Assembly: GCA_017992485.1 (NCBI GenBank) | Contig: JAGOOL010000001.1 | Coordinates: 1 to 27,850 of the forward strand | DNA from: Minisyncoccota bacterium | Lineage (GTDB): Bacteria > Patescibacteriota > Minisyncoccia > Phycocordibacterales > UBA9973 | DNA: 27,850 nt | Direction: 5' to 3' | Shown: one piece after another, positions 26,493 to 27,850 of the stretch | Numbering within the stretch: position 1 is the stretch's first letter | Layout: each line of letters begins with the position of its first letter | Notes under the pieces: generated by a model | What the model was told of the DNA's origin: nothing | The model's database searches: none | The model's input: only the letters and a program-made list of their open reading frames with translations | Position numbers and translations under genes: made by a program

Positions 26493-27065
26493 CTACTTCC
26501 CGATATATTTAAGCGCTTCGCGAAGCTTATCATTGAGCGTAACGGCAGTGGCTGGAATTCTCTTGATCGCATCGCGACCTTCTTCTCGCGTATAACCGAG
26601 CTTCATCAAAGCCTCAATAACATCTGAGTCACCAGACAGTTCGCCACTCGCAGCAGTGTGACCAAGGGCCGCAAGTTTGTCACGAAGATCGATAATTATT
26701 TTTTCAGCAGTTTTTCTTCCGATGCCGGAAACACTCGTCAGATACGTCGCGTCGCCAGCACCAATCGCGCGCTGAATCGAATCGATCGAGCCAAGCGAAA
26801 CAATAGCAATCGCCGAACGGGGACCGACACCGGAAACCGTAATAAGCATTTGGAAAAATGTCAGCTCCTGGCGAGTCCGAAAGCCGTACAACTCCATAGA
26901 ATCCTCGCGAACGACCAGGTGAGTAAACAGCGCCATTTCAGCGCCGAGCTTGGCAACGGCAAGCGTCTCGGTAGTAGTTGAGACCTCATAGCCCACACCT
27001 TGGGTTTCGATGATAACCGAGCGGTCTGAAATGTCGGCAATTGTGCCTTTAACGAATGCGATCAT
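26493..27065 (-). CDS. ruvA: Holliday junction DNA-binding protein RuvA
   Basis: MIAFVKG, GVGYEV, LVVREDSMELYGF, HhH motifs VSGVGPRSA and VSGIGRKTAEKI, C-terminal EALMKLGY. Start moved from 27080 to ATG 27065. Confidence 0.97.
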   Translation of the reverse strand: MIAFVKGTIADISDRSVIIETQGVGYEVSTTTETLAVAKLGAEMALFTHLVVREDSMELYGFRTRQELTFFQMLITVSGVGPRSAIAIVSLGSIDSIQRAIGAGDATYLTSVSGIGRKTAEKIIIDLRDKLAALGHTAASGELSGDSDVIEALMKLGYTREEGRDAIKRIPATAVTLNDKLREALKYIGK

Positions 27066-27201
27066 GGAGACAGTATACAAGGAAGCCGCCAGCTTGCATA
27101 TTGCGTCTTTTCTGGTATAGTAATCCCGTCTCAGTCAGTTCGAGCGAAAGCGTAAGCAATCGCAAAAAGTCTCTCGTTATTACCTTATTTAATTACATTC
27201 A

Positions 27202-27456
27202 ATGCCAATCATTAAGTCAGCAAAAAAGGCCCTCCGACAGTCAATCAAGCGTAAAGCTGTGAACGACCGCCGCACCAAGGCTATGCGTGATGCCATCAAA
27301 AAGGTAGAACGTTCAGTCAAGGAAAAGAAGGCCGACGAAGCGAAAAAGCTCCTTCCGGTTGCGTTTGCCGCAATCGACAAGGCCGCAAAGCGTGGCGTCA
27401 TCAAGAAGAATAACGCTTCTCGAAAAAAGGCCCGCCTCGCTCGTATCTCAAAGTAA
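27202..27456 (+). CDS. rpsT: 30S ribosomal protein bS20
   Basis: MPIIKSAKKALRQ, IDKAAKRGVIKKNNASRKKARL. Confidence 0.97.
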   Translation: MPIIKSAKKALRQSIKRKAVNDRRTKAMRDAIKKVERSVKEKKADEAKKLLPVAFAAIDKAAKRGVIKKNNASRKKARLARISK

Positions 27457-27505
27457 GTATAAAAAGTAGTCAAAATACGTTCTGAGCAAACTATAAATTG
27501 AACGC

Positions 27506-27531
27506 AGAAAAAGCCCTTCGGGGTTTTTTCT
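27506..27531 (+). terminator. Intrinsic terminator after rpsT
   Basis: AGAAAAAGCCC-TTCG-GGGTTTTTTCT-TTTTTT. Confidence 0.85.
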
Positions 27532-27614
27532 TTTTTTGGTACCGATGTGATCTAAAGAGTATTTTTCAATTCTATTTTTACTAAGCGAGTCGTCCATGCT
27601 ACACTTTCCAACAT

Positions 27615-27850
27615 ATGGAAGACCACAAACGCCAAACACCACTTACAATAATTATGATCTTGTTCGCGATAATGATTGCTGCTATTTTCCTCGTGAAAGG
27701 GGATGGTACACAAAACAATCCGACAGACACAAATGGTATAGACACACAAAATCCTCCGGTCGTAATTGCGCCAAAATATAAATGCGGCATGACAGTTACA
27801 TCTCCACTTGAGGGAAGCACTGTTTCATTCCCACTACCTGTTCAAGGTGG
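27615..27850 (+). CDS. Membrane-anchored protein, 5' part only, possibly with a Gmad2-type Ig-like domain
   Basis: Manual translation: MEDHKRQTPLTIIMILFAIMIAAIFLVKGDG...CGMTVTSPLEGSTVSFPLPVQG. It has an N-terminal TM and the V.SP..G..V..PL.V.G pattern, with TGcTACACT upstream. It runs off the window. Confidence 0.75.
   Translation, partial: MEDHKRQTPLTIIMILFAIMIAAIFLVKGDGTQNNPTDTNGIDTQNPPVVIAPKYKCGMTVTSPLEGSTVSFPLPVQG

Noticed and set aside
27066-27080. MYTVS extension of RuvA
   Set aside because: It overlaps the TATACT -10 box; MIAFVKG is the family-typical start.
27599-27820. Minus-strand 73-aa hydrophobic ORF
   Set aside because: It is the antisense of the + strand gene at 27615, which has a promoter, TM anchor and Ig-like pattern.

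Overview
This is the chromosomal replication-origin region of a small-genome bacterium, about 40% GC by eye, with ORFs intact under the standard code. The gene content and style suggest Patescibacteria/CPR, probably Parcubacteria (inference). The conserved cluster jag-yidC-yidD-rnpA-rpmH <- oriC -> dnaA-oriC-dnaN is followed by a possible DciA-like ORF, PBP1A, tyrS, ruvC-ruvB, a PilB/GspE ATPase, two large secreted proteins, tsaE, polA, an ICMT/PEMT-like protein, holA, a ZIP transporter, tRNA-Lys(UUU), two AT-rich membrane ORFs, a TrmH methyltransferase, mutM, ruvA and rpsT. Several features are absent from the ORF track: jag, rpmH, a 57-aa hyper-acidic ORF, a 53-aa membrane ORF, the last gene, a probable 6S RNA at about 11002-11163, and a DnaA-box/DnaA-trio unwinding element. 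The most pervasive signal is a -10 hexamer 6-9 nt before the ATG of 15 genes, which implies mostly leaderless mRNAs. I found no CRISPR array, transposase or integrase. All calls come from manual reading; no database searches were run.
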